A stretch of 64,000 nt of DNA from positions 1-64,000 of the IMG/VR virus record IMGVR_UViG_3300033463_000076. The stretch is one strand, 5' to 3'. The DNA is from a virus (Duplodnaviria > Caudoviricetes). Below the pieces are notes generated by a model. The model did no database searches and was not told the DNA's origin. It was given only the letters and a program-made list of their open reading frames with translations. This document shows, in pieces, positions 45,894 to 54,788 of the stretch; position 1 is the stretch's first letter, and every line of letters starts with the position of its first letter. The translations under genes and the position numbers were made by a program.

Positions 45894-46085
45894 TTAATAC
45901 ATTTTCTGGACGAACAGCTTTGTATTCCAGTCATTGACATACGTGAAATACTTCTCACGGGGCTCACAGACCAGGTTGACTTTCTTCTTCTTGTCCTCAA
46001 ACCACTGATCTGCTTCTTCCTGAGTCTTGAACCTCTTGGTCTCTCTCCTCAGTGACTTCTCGTTTAAAATGATGATTCTGACCAT
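45894..46085 (-). CDS. hypothetical protein
   Basis: 63 aa; TAAGAGCA-ATG start. Confidence 0.5.
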   Translation of the reverse strand: MVRIIILNEKSLRRETKRFKTQEEADQWFEDKKKKVNLVCEPREKYFTYVNDWNTKLFVQKMY

Positions 46086-46235
46086 TGCTCTTACTTCTTT
46101 TAGTTGTTTCTTAATGTTTTATTTTTATGATGTAAAGGTAGTGAAAAAGCGCGATATATGCAAGGTTTTCGGCGAAAAAATACTTAAAAAGTGTTCAGCG
46201 ACCGATTATTTAACCTTACCTAACTTTTGCAGCGT
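46083..46235 (-). promoter_or_regulatory. repeated promoter/leader unit, copy 3
   Basis: TTGC-N19-TACCTTTAC; CATTAAGAAAC; TAAGAGCA-ATG. Confidence 0.7.
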
Positions 46236-46237
46236 CA

Positions 46238-46435
46238 CTACTCCTCCAGCCAGTAATCACGGTACTTCATCGCAGCCTCATACGTGATGCCATGCTTCTT
46301 TGCTTCCTCAGTCACCTGCTCCTTGGTGGCCGACCTGTCAAGAACCAGCCACACACATCCCGCACGGTGCCGTATCTCCGTCTCTTTCGAGATCACGAAC
46401 TCTGAGTGCATCTTTTCTGTCAGTTCCTCTTTCAT
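46238..46435 (-). CDS. small protein downstream of MuF (candidate immunity)
   Basis: 65 aa, 23 nt after the MuF stop. Confidence 0.5.
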   Translation of the reverse strand: MKEELTEKMHSEFVISKETEIRHRAGCVWLVLDRSATKEQVTEEAKKHGITYEAAMKYRDYWLEE

Positions 46436-46458
46436 GCCGCAAATTTACGAATAAAAAT

Positions 46459-48207
46459 TCACATTCCGATATAATCATGCAAATATTTCATCTGCGTGCC
46501 GTTCTTCAGGTCGATAAGGCCTTCCCACGACGAGTTAAGCAGCAGCCTGTTTCCGAATCCTGAGTAGGCCAGTTTCTGCATAGGAACGTAATCACCGCAC
46601 TGACTGATGAAACTCATTGCTTCATCAAGCTCCTGCTGTGTAATCTTTCCTCTTGCAGCGGCTTCCTCGACCATCCACGTGATATCCTTCTTCCTGGCCA
46701 TGGCGCCATACTTGGCCCAGCACAAACCGCCTCTTTCCATATTGGCCTTGATATACACCTTCTGAATACCGCACAACTCATACTGCTCGAACAGATCACG
46801 GAACACACGCTTTCCGATTCCGATACCCTGCATAGGCTCAGGCAGAACAAATTCCTCATGGTCGACCACAGGAATCTTAGAACCACCGGACTGCTCAAAC
46901 CTGAACAGACGGGTAAGGGTCAGCTTGGCATCATCCTTATCACGTGCGCTGTATTTCAAACGAACCTCTCCATCACCGCAGTCAATCAGGTGCTTATAGC
47001 CAATCCTGCACTCGTATTCATCACATATCCCCTCAAACTTCCTGTCGAACCTGCTGACGTTGAAGCCGGCCATCGCACTCTTATTGAAGGCCTCAACAGC
47101 CACAGCCCTCTTAGAGAATCCTCGGGTAATCAGCTCACTGCGTATCTCCTCAGTCATTTCAAACGGCTGCAGGGCCTTGCTTGCCTCATTCACCAACGAC
47201 CTGTTATCACGCAGCCAGTAGGGGAGCGTGCCCTTCTTACTGGCCTTGACGATCTCGGCGGCGTGGTCTGCCAGCCAGTTCTTCATGTTATCAGGAACAT
47301 CCGTCACCTCGTTCTTGCTCGGATCGTCATCATCAGCCCAGAAATCATCCTCGTCTTTCAGGATAGGAACGACGTAGCACATATCGTTAGGATGCCAGCC
47401 CGTCCACTTAATCGTTTTCGGGTACTTTCCTGCAAGCATATCGCAGATATCGCCGTTCGGCATACGGTCATGATGGCTCTTGCTCAGTTTTATCTCGAAG
47501 CCGATGACGAAGTCCATCTGCTGCCAGCGGGTCCACTCGGCTGTACGGTAGGCCATGTTTATCTCTGAACGGGCGAGACGGAGGGAACGGTACTCACAGT
47601 CCTCGCACTCGACGGCCTTTCCGTACCTCTCCTTGTAGTCATCCTTCAGCCTGTCGAAGTCCTTCAGGTACTTACTGAGACGCTTGCTGAGGGTAACGGC
47701 ATCGATACCCTTCTCCAGTGCCGACGAAATGGCGTACTCCATTTCCTGCTTCATGTTCTCCGACTGGTCCCAGATTGCTTCCGACAGGTGGAACTCCCCA
47801 CTGATCTTGCGCTGCTGGAAAGCCTTCAACACGTCGCTGTTCGTCTGATAGTACACCTTGTGCTTCTCACCTCCGGCCTTGGAACCGTAGTATTTCAGCA
47901 CCTTGTCAGCCAACAAGTCCTGAACGATGTTACTCTGCTTCCACTCGTCGCTTGTACCACGATGTATGATAGCGCCGATATCCTCGACGAAGCGGCTCTG
48001 CACCTTCCTCATCGCGTCCTTCGTCTCAGGGAAGTCGGAGAAACGGAACGGTACATCACTGGCGGCATATCCAGTACGCTCGGCTATCTTTGCCGTCTCG
48101 AGACTACACGCATCAAAGACACCCTGAACCAATAACAGGTATCGGTTCAGGCGGGCGTTCAACGACGTGTACTTACCCTTCTGGTTTATCCCCCTCGGTG
48201 TTCCCAT
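46459..48207 (-). CDS. MuF-like head morphogenesis protein with C-terminal GNAT-like domain
   Basis: RLARSEINMAYR, CDMLAGKYPK...WHPNDMCYVVP (MuF); VDHEEFVLPEPMQGIGIGKRVF...ANMERGGLCWAKYG (GNAT-like). Confidence 0.8.
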   Translation of the reverse strand: MGTPRGINQKGKYTSLNARLNRYLLLVQGVFDACSLETAKIAERTGYAASDVPFRFSDFPETKDAMRKVQSRFVEDIGAIIHRGTSDEWKQSNIVQDLLADKVLKYYGSKAGGEKHKVYYQTNSDVLKAFQQRKISGEFHLSEAIWDQSENMKQEMEYAISSALEKGIDAVTLSKRLSKYLKDFDRLKDDYKERYGKAVECEDCEYRSLRLARSEINMAYRTAEWTRWQQMDFVIGFEIKLSKSHHDRMPNGDICDMLAGKYPKTIKWTGWHPNDMCYVVPILKDEDDFWADDDDPSKNEVTDVPDNMKNWLADHAAEIVKASKKGTLPYWLRDNRSLVNEASKALQPFEMTEEIRSELITRGFSKRAVAVEAFNKSAMAGFNVSRFDRKFEGICDEYECRIGYKHLIDCGDGEVRLKYSARDKDDAKLTLTRLFRFEQSGGSKIPVVDHEEFVLPEPMQGIGIGKRVFRDLFEQYELCGIQKVYIKANMERGGLCWAKYGAMARKKDITWMVEEAAARGKITQQELDEAMSFISQCGDYVPMQKLAYSGFGNRLLLNSSWEGLIDLKNGTQMKYLHDYIGM

Positions 48208-48469
48208 CTGTCTTAGGCGTAAAATGTTCCTTACAAGCAGGCGAAGACAACAGGACGCAAAACTCTCCGTCCATATAGTGCGGACACTTGCCCAGTGTCG
48301 GCTTCCTGTCCTTAACGGTCAGGGTGTGGAAACGGGTCACTTCAACCACATTCCCACACTCTCCACACTTCTTGCCTTCCCAAATCTTAGGCTCCGGCGG
48401 TGTCTTCGGCCTTTGGACTGTCCTTCTTTGGGGCATAGACGTACAGCTTACCGTAAACCTTTGCTTCAA
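48173..48469 (-). CDS. Cys-containing hypothetical protein
   Basis: CGECG...GKCPH...LLSSPACKEHF. Confidence 0.45.
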   Translation of the reverse strand: MKQRFTVSCTSMPQRRTVQRPKTPPEPKIWEGKKCGECGNVVEVTRFHTLTVKDRKPTLGKCPHYMDGEFCVLLSSPACKEHFTPKTDGNTEGDKPEG

Positions 48470-48761
48470 ACAGGCCCTTCTTCACTTCGAAGTTGACAAG
48501 ACCGTACTGCTCAGCACCCTTGGCGATATCCATGATAATCAACCGCTTCGTATCTTCTATCAGGGACTTCATGCCCTTGCGATACGAATCATCCTCTGGA
48601 TGCTCCTTTACGTACTTCTTCAGGTCGCTCTTCTTCAACTGGTAGGCACTACCCAAAACCATAGGCTCATAACCTACAAGCTCCTCGATGACCTTCTCCC
48701 GTGCCGACGGACTAATCTTAAACGCCAGCCACACCATGAACTTTGCTAATCTTTTTCTCAT
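48387..48761 (-). CDS. hypothetical protein
   Basis: 124 aa directly after the portal gene. Confidence 0.5.
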   Translation of the reverse strand: MRKRLAKFMVWLAFKISPSAREKVIEELVGYEPMVLGSAYQLKKSDLKKYVKEHPEDDSYRKGMKSLIEDTKRLIIMDIAKGAEQYGLVNFEVKKGLFEAKVYGKLYVYAPKKDSPKAEDTAGA

Positions 48762-48771
48762 AACTTGTGCT

Positions 48772-50220
48772 TTATACTGCTCCCTCCTGTAAGAGCGAGC
48801 TTAACGTTGACTTGTTCTCTTCTGTCTGTTCCTGCTGAATCTGCTCCAGCGTCTTAACTGGGTCTTTCGACTTTCCATAGCGGATAATGGACTCCAAATG
48901 GCTCTCGATGGCCTTGCCACCGTTGGCCTTCAGACGCTTCTCGATCTCCTGCATTTCGTCCTTCGGGATGTACGGCGTAATGACGTGCTTGATACGGACG
49001 TTATCGACCTCCTTCTCCCACTCAGGGTCATCGGACATAATCTTCAGGAACGCCTTGATGACATTACCCTCACGACGGTATGCCTGAAGTAGCGGCTTGG
49101 ACTCCTGGCCAATCTTCAGGAACACGTCAATGAATATCGTCATACGGGCATCGTAGCCGATAGAGTTGAGCTGTATCATCTTCTCTACGCTGATATCGGC
49201 CATCTGGTTAATCTGCCAAAAGAACGACAGGCTTCTGTCGATGTGGTTCTTGTTAGCATCATTCGACTGATCCCACGAGACATACGATACATCGCCTGTG
49301 TTCTCCACACGGAAAATACGACGGCTCTCACCCTTATCCTCGTCGCCCTGCAGCTGACCGGCAATCTTCAGGATTGGCGTAGCATTCCAGGCGATAACGT
49401 CGCTGTCCCTCGAGTGGGTGTACTCCACATCCTCGCGCAAGTCGCTCGAACCCTGCTTCCACGTCTTTTTCTTACGCCAAGCATACACTCCAGGAATCTT
49501 CAGGATGACAACCTCGTCGCCATACGTGACATTTCCCTCTGCATCTTCATACAGGATGACAGGCTCCCAGTCGCCACCGTCCTTGCACCACTTGTACTTC
49601 CTGTCCTTCGTATAGGTCTCGAAGAACTCCAGTTCCTTGTCACCGACGGTCTTCTTGTAGTAGAACGACATGGCCAGCATATCATCCATTTCGTCCATCA
49701 GCGGGTACAGGACGACATCGTCATTCATCGGCGAATACACCTTGCACTTCAGCTTGTAGTCCGAATGGAAGCCGTACAGGTCATTCTCCTTCTTGACTGC
49801 ATACCACAACGTGAACATTTCGCAAGCGGCAAAGTACGCCAGTCCTCGTTCCATGTTCACGGTGTCGATGTCTGCCTCCTCATAGATACGCTCTATGGCG
49901 GTGGCGATCTTCTGACGAACCTCGTTATCGTCGATATCCTGGTACTCACGCTTGACGGGTATGGTGTGCATGAACTGATTGATACGGTTGACCAGCAGCT
50001 CTTCAAGTCCTATGGCTATCTGAGCGGCTTCGTCAACAGTGCCGTCGTCATGAACAACGTCAACACGTCCAGAGTCATCACCTGCTATCTTATGCTTGCT
50101 TGCATACAGCTCTTCCTTCAACTTATCCCACGCTGGCGGGTTGGTCGATTTCTTCATCAGGTCATTAACTATGGCATTACTGCCACGAGACCAGTCGAGT
50201 ATCTTCAAAAGTTCGTCCAT
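48772..50220 (-). CDS. portal protein (SPP1-like)
   Basis: Likely start MDELLKILDW at 50220; LYPLMDEMDDMLAMS; IPGVYAWR; HVITPYIPKDE. Confidence 0.85.
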   Translation of the reverse strand: MDELLKILDWSRGSNAIVNDLMKKSTNPPAWDKLKEELYASKHKIAGDDSGRVDVVHDDGTVDEAAQIAIGLEELLVNRINQFMHTIPVKREYQDIDDNEVRQKIATAIERIYEEADIDTVNMERGLAYFAACEMFTLWYAVKKENDLYGFHSDYKLKCKVYSPMNDDVVLYPLMDEMDDMLAMSFYYKKTVGDKELEFFETYTKDRKYKWCKDGGDWEPVILYEDAEGNVTYGDEVVILKIPGVYAWRKKKTWKQGSSDLREDVEYTHSRDSDVIAWNATPILKIAGQLQGDEDKGESRRIFRVENTGDVSYVSWDQSNDANKNHIDRSLSFFWQINQMADISVEKMIQLNSIGYDARMTIFIDVFLKIGQESKPLLQAYRREGNVIKAFLKIMSDDPEWEKEVDNVRIKHVITPYIPKDEMQEIEKRLKANGGKAIESHLESIIRYGKSKDPVKTLEQIQQEQTEENKSTLSSLLQEGAV

Positions 50221-50244
50221 CGATGTATTTTTGTTATAACGGCG

Positions 50245-50303
50245 CAAATATAGCAAAAAAACTCCGAAACTATTTGAAAAACAAAGAGAATTAACATTCT
50301 TTG
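50245..50303. promoter_or_regulatory. portal promoter plus palindromic element in divergent orientation
   Basis: Minus -7 TATATTTG (50245-50252); plus-strand TATTTG-AAAAA-CAAAGA-GAATTAAC-ATTCTTTG. Confidence 0.55.
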
Positions 50304-50417
50304 TCAAAATAGCCTCGGAGTAACATTAAGAAACTTGCTCGTAAAAAAGCAATGAAACGCCTCACGGCGGTATTTCCTAAACTAACTATTATTCCACCTA
50401 ACTCGCATAGCGGCGAC

Positions 50418-50455
50418 TGGCGTGTAGTGGGGTAGGATTCATTAGCTACACGCCA
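50418..50455. terminator. perfect 10-bp inverted repeat
   Basis: TGGCGTGTAG / CTACACGCCA just after the stop of 50462-50998. Confidence 0.5.
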
Positions 50456-50461
50456 ACTACG

Positions 50462-50998
50462 TCACCCTTTGAAGTTCTCAAAAACCCATGACAACAGCTT
50501 TTCACGGTTATTCTTATCCAACTCGAGCATGAAACGGTTCATGTCACGTCCGTACTTCTCAAAGTTCCGCTTCAGGTGCTCATGGAACATCTTATCGCTA
50601 TCCTTCCAGACGGCTTCTATCCAGTTCGGCGGATAGTTGAACGTGAACAGCGACCAGTTCCTGGCATTCTTGGCGTACTGATCTCTCGTCACCATACGCT
50701 CCACATCCATGCTGTACGTATCGATGACCTCATGTGCCGGCTTATCGCCTCTTAACTTTTCCTGCATCTGTGCGCCATACACTGGGAACAACTCTACAGC
50801 CTTCTCAAAGATGAACTTCATCTGCGGATATCGGCTCATGTTCATGATGACCAAGGCCATCAGCGTATGAAGGTCGCCACTCATTATACCACGATCATTC
50901 TTGTCTGCGAAGAACATGACACTGACGTCCTCGCCTTTCAGCTTCTCCAGGTCCTCGTGGATGTCCTGCAGCAGCTCTCTAATCTCTTTGTCTGTCAT
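50462..50998 (-). CDS. hypothetical protein
   Basis: 178 aa, apparently two-domain. Confidence 0.55.
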   Translation of the reverse strand: MTDKEIRELLQDIHEDLEKLKGEDVSVMFFADKNDRGIMSGDLHTLMALVIMNMSRYPQMKFIFEKAVELFPVYGAQMQEKLRGDKPAHEVIDTYSMDVERMVTRDQYAKNARNWSLFTFNYPPNWIEAVWKDSDKMFHEHLKRNFEKYGRDMNRFMLELDKNNREKLLSWVFENFKG

Positions 50999-51009
50999 AA
51001 TCTGTATCT

Positions 51010-51192
51010 TTATTCGTTCTCTAATTCTTCACCAGTCTCGATGACATATCCAGGACCACAATTCGGGCACTCCAAATCCTTCAGCTTGCATACCTTCGGA
51101 CGTACACAAATCCACCGCTTCAGGCACTTTACGCAGATAACCTCTGACACCTTGTGCGGCTGGTTCTCCTCGATGTTCACCACTTTCGTCAT
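51010..51192 (-). CDS. small Zn-ribbon protein
   Basis: CVKC...CPNC. Confidence 0.55.
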   Translation of the reverse strand: MTKVVNIEENQPHKVSEVICVKCLKRWICVRPKVCKLKDLECPNCGPGYVIETGEELENE

Positions 51193-51467
51193 AACTCACA
51201 GTCTATAGATGTAACAATACTTGGCGTGGCCATACTGGACGGCACTGCCATACTCGATAATCGTATTCGGCTTCTCGTCGGTGTGCAGACGGTTGTCATA
51301 GACAATCATCGCTGCACCTTTCAGCTTCAGGTGACCTTTCACCACTCTGGCACCAGCATTGATACAAGTCCGACAAAAATCAGCCTTTGTCTCAAACTGC
51401 TCCATCTTCTCTACGATCTTGATGTTTCTGTCAGCCCACGTGAGGGCTTTCGCTAACTCTAACTTTG

Positions 51468-51656
51468 TCATAGCTCCAATAACTCTTTCCATTCTGCATA
51501 CGTATATAGTCCATATCTCTTCCGTGCTTCCTCACGCTCGATGCCGAATTTAGTGCAAGCTAAACTCAGCAGCTCTGCGTAGTGGCCAGTGGTGGGCAAT
51601 ACCCTGACCTTACAATTCAGGAACCTCTCTAACGACTTATTCATATCACTTAGCAT
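51468..51656 (-). CDS. hypothetical protein
   Basis: 62 aa, coupled ORF. Confidence 0.45.
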   Translation of the reverse strand: MLSDMNKSLERFLNCKVRVLPTTGHYAELLSLACTKFGIEREEARKRYGLYTYAEWKELLEL

Positions 51657-51933
51657 TTAATTCAGCGACGGCCTCCGTGAAGCACTGGAACGTGCTCAGG
51701 TGGTCGATCACCTCCTGTCTCTTCTTAAACTCGTACTTCATGTTCTGGAACCTGGCACCGACCCAACGGCCATTCTCGAAACGATACGTCTCAGCGGTCC
51801 AGTGCCATCCCTGATATCTCGTCACTCCGTTGTACTGCGATATTATAGCCCTGCGAGTGGCCACGAAACGGAACTTGCCGTCGTTGCTGTCAACGGAGAT
51901 ACACTTGCCGTCACCTCTATACACTCTGCTCAT
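51646..51933 (-). CDS. hypothetical protein
   Basis: 95 aa, coupled ORF. Confidence 0.5.
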   Translation of the reverse strand: MSRVYRGDGKCISVDSNDGKFRFVATRRAIISQYNGVTRYQGWHWTAETYRFENGRWVGARFQNMKYEFKKRQEVIDHLSTFQCFTEAVAELNAK

Positions 51934-52163
51934 ACCTCGATATCTTCAAACGTGAAACTACTACCAGTGCTTGCGAGGACGTGGGTCGTGTACCTTTTCA
52001 GGTCTTCCATGGCCAACCTGTCCTGCTCGCAATCCTCATAACTTGCAACCGAATCGTAACAACCGGCCTTGCTGGCTTCCCATTCGTTAGCGAGGCGGTT
52101 GTTGTGGTTCACCTTCCTGACAACCAGGAACGAACCGTCTGTGACCAATCGAATCTTCTTCAT
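51930..52163 (-). CDS. hypothetical protein
   Basis: 77 aa, ATGA overlaps. Confidence 0.5.
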   Translation of the reverse strand: MKKIRLVTDGSFLVVRKVNHNNRLANEWEASKAGCYDSVASYEDCEQDRLAMEDLKRYTTHVLASTGSSFTFEDIEV

Positions 52164-52438
52164 CGTTCAACGTATTTATGTGGGTACATTTTCATTATCT
52201 CTTCCATCTGCTCAGCTGCTGTCATGGCTTGCCAATCTGGTCTGAGATACACATAACCACTACCACCGAACAGCATTCCTTTTACCTTCAGTTCATTAAC
52301 AAGCGACTCCCAGCCAATACCGAAACGCTTCTCCAAACTATCCCAAGAGACTTTCGCTGTTCCATTATTCTTCCTGCCATTGACGGCACAAAAGATAGCG
52401 CAACTGCGGTATCGTAAATTCATATCCACTCTTTTCAT
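52160..52438 (-). CDS. hypothetical protein
   Basis: 92 aa, ATGA overlap. Confidence 0.5.
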   Translation of the reverse strand: MKRVDMNLRYRSCAIFCAVNGRKNNGTAKVSWDSLEKRFGIGWESLVNELKVKGMLFGGSGYVYLRPDWQAMTAAEQMEEIMKMYPHKYVER

Positions 52439-52545
52439 CTTTCTGTATTTTAAAGGGAGTACGGAGGGTTTGCTTTAACGTCTGCCTTATCTCCGATTTG
52501 CCAAGGGCGACACTCCTTGTTTCAACGTTCCTCCCGTTAAACTTT

Positions 52546-52980
52546 CTACACGGCCGGCAGGAAACCGCGTCCCTGCCGAGTCGTATCTGTCGTACGTCCT
52601 AAATACTTCTTGACCTCCCAAATGACGTCGCTGACGGTCTGGAAGTACACCTCAGAGCGTTCAATCTTAATACCGACGCTTTCGATCAACTTCTGCTGTG
52701 TCTTGTTGAAGAAATCAGCAGCCAGCTTACAGCTCTCCGTGTAGTTCATGCCACCGAAGCGGTAAACGATCTCCCAGAGCTTATCACGAACTTTCAGGTC
52801 TGCCTCAACCGCCTTGGCTATCTCCCTGGCTTTGTTGACACGGGCCTGATTCATCTTAACCCACAACTTACAGAACTCGTCTTTGTCGAGGTCTGACTGG
52901 TTGTAAACTTCGTTGATGTGCCAGTACTCGGCTTCTGAAACCTTCATCTGGACTCTTGCTTCAAATTCTGACTGTAACAT
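52546..52980 (-). CDS. hypothetical phage protein
   Basis: MLQSEFEARV...INEVY...DKDEFCKLW; TAAGAGCA-ATG start. Confidence 0.6.
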   Translation of the reverse strand: MLQSEFEARVQMKVSEAEYWHINEVYNQSDLDKDEFCKLWVKMNQARVNKAREIAKAVEADLKVRDKLWEIVYRFGGMNYTESCKLAADFFNKTQQKLIESVGIKIERSEVYFQTVSDVIWEVKKYLGRTTDTTRQGRGFLPAV

Positions 52981-53110
52981 TGCTCTTAATTCTTTAAAAA
53001 ACCGTTTCTTAATGTTTTATTTTGATAGTGTAAAGGTAGTGAAAAACGGCGATATACGCAAGTATTTCAGTCTTTATTTTCTTAAAAAGTGTTCAACCAA
53101 AAACTAAATA
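52978..53110 (-). promoter_or_regulatory. repeated promoter/leader unit, copy 4
   Basis: TTGC-N19-TACCTTTAC; CATTAAGAAAC; TAAGAGCA-ATG. Confidence 0.7.
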
Positions 53111-53113
53111 AAC

Positions 53114-53344
53114 TTAACGTAAATACCGCGCTTTCAGCAGTGCCTTGCACTTGAAAACCTCAGCTGCGACATCGATACCCAGGTCTCTGTACAGCCTGCC
53201 GTTTCCGTTGAGCGTGTCGGATGCAATCTCGATGGTTCTGATCTCGTCCGACGTGAATCCCAGTCGGAATGTCTTGGCTATGTTCATGGCCTTCGACCAC
53301 TCTCCAGCCCGGACATAACCAACAACTTGCTCGGTCTTTGTCAT
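53114..53344 (-). CDS. hypothetical protein
   Basis: 76 aa, ATGA overlap. Confidence 0.5.
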   Translation of the reverse strand: MTKTEQVVGYVRAGEWSKAMNIAKTFRLGFTSDEIRTIEIASDTLNGNGRLYRDLGIDVAAEVFKCKALLKARYLR

Positions 53345-53502
53345 GCAGGGAAAAACTCTACTCCAGTATAGTCACTCTCGTCAAGGACGATCTCGCTGTC
53401 CCTATACTGACACTCAACAATGTCAGCAGCTTCCTCAAAGCTGTCTGCCTCTACCTCGACCACTCTTTCAAGGGTCTCTACGATTTTCACTTTCTGTTTC
53501 AT
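53341..53502 (-). CDS. DpnD/PcfM-like small protein
   Basis: Hand translation MKQKVKIVETLERVVEVEADSFEEAADIVECQYRDSEIVLDESDYTGVEF. Confidence 0.7.
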   Translation of the reverse strand: MKQKVKIVETLERVVEVEADSFEEAADIVECQYRDSEIVLDESDYTGVEFFPA

Positions 53503-53786
53503 TCTTCACACGATATTGAATAACCATTCATCGAGTCTGTCAACAACTCGTACATTTCCTCTCTCGTATATCTGTCTGCCAACCCTTTCGCCCTGCCATT
53601 GCAGAGGTCATAACCGACACTCAGATCATCGTAGTACTGACTCAGCAAATCCTCACCGCTTTTTGTCAGCTCATGAACATCACCTGCGAGGTCATCAGGG
53701 TTTTCACTGCTCGTCCACATATCAGGTGTGAACACTGCATCATCATCGCCTTCGTAATAGGCTTCAGTCCTTCCGATATACATCAT
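53499..53786 (-). CDS. acidic hypothetical protein
   Basis: 95 aa, coupled ORF. Confidence 0.45.
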   Translation of the reverse strand: MMYIGRTEAYYEGDDDAVFTPDMWTSSENPDDLAGDVHELTKSGEDLLSQYYDDLSVGYDLCNGRAKGLADRYTREEMYELLTDSMNGYSISCEE

Positions 53787-53929
53787 AGCTCAATACTTTT
53801 TCAACAACTTACCATCCTTATAACACCTTTCGCCAATCGGCCTTGAACCGTCGATACCGTAACCGCATCCTTCTGGAAAATCGCTGCCAGTCTCATGCCA
53901 ACAGTGCTCACATTTCATACAATCACGTC

Positions 53930-54601
53930 TCATGACTTGCCTCCTTTCTCTCTCCACTCCAAGAACTCTATCGTGGCCTTCGCATTTCCAAGGTCTTTTT
54001 CCTTGAACCAGCTGCCATCCTTACGCTGTACCCTTATCGTGTCACCTGCCTTACTGGCAAACTGAACCTCAACCTTACTGAAAAGCTCAGAGCCATCGAT
54101 ATCGCTCGTAATGGTATTGTCACCCCAGTCATCACGAACAAAGTGAATCGGCTCCGACAGCTTCCACTTCCTGACCGTGACAGGGAAATAGAACGCCTGA
54201 CTCGGTCCGGCTCCTTTACGTCCCCAGTCCATGAACTGGCGTACTACATCATCCTCGACCTTCTCGAACATACAGACGTGTGAATGAGTGAACGGACCAC
54301 CACTGACAGACAGACTGATTTTGGCATACTCCTGGCTTACAAACGGTACATACGGATAATAGCAAACCTCTGCCACTCCGTTCTCCAACTTGCATATCAA
54401 GCCCTCATTGTACTCACGCTTGCCGTTATAGAACGACCCACAGACCATATCACCGACCTGCGGAGTCTTAACGTTACGATGCCAGTAGTCAACGATATCG
54501 ATATGACTCTGGGCGATCTCCAGCTCCTTCTCGGTAACTCCGAAATTGTGCTGATAGTCGTGATTCCACTCTACCAGCTGCTCTAACGTCAACTTATCCA
54601 T
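53930..54601 (-). CDS. DUF4121-like protein
   Basis: PQVGD...EVCYYPYVPFV...LSVSGGPF...FMDWGRKGAG. Confidence 0.7.
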   Translation of the reverse strand: MDKLTLEQLVEWNHDYQHNFGVTEKELEIAQSHIDIVDYWHRNVKTPQVGDMVCGSFYNGKREYNEGLICKLENGVAEVCYYPYVPFVSQEYAKISLSVSGGPFTHSHVCMFEKVEDDVVRQFMDWGRKGAGPSQAFYFPVTVRKWKLSEPIHFVRDDWGDNTITSDIDGSELFSKVEVQFASKAGDTIRVQRKDGSWFKEKDLGNAKATIEFLEWREKGGKS

Positions 54602-54606
54602 ATCCT

Positions 54607-54783
54607 CTACAATCTACCGAAGTGGGCATCTGCTCCACGCTTCGCTGATAAACAACTCGGATAGCCAGTAGCGTGCGTTACCATACTTCCATCATCCTGC
54701 ACGGTTCCAACGTGCCAGTCCGGACGTGCAAACCTCTTTCCTGCGTTTGCGTTCCAAATCGAATAACCTTTGTACTTAATCAT
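54607..54783 (-). CDS. hypothetical protein (58 aa)
   Basis: MIKYKGYSIWNANAGKRFARPDWH...; TAAGAGCA-ATG start. Confidence 0.55.
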   Translation of the reverse strand: MIKYKGYSIWNANAGKRFARPDWHVGTVQDDGSMVTHATGYPSCLSAKRGADAHFGRL

Positions 54784-54788
54784 TGCTC

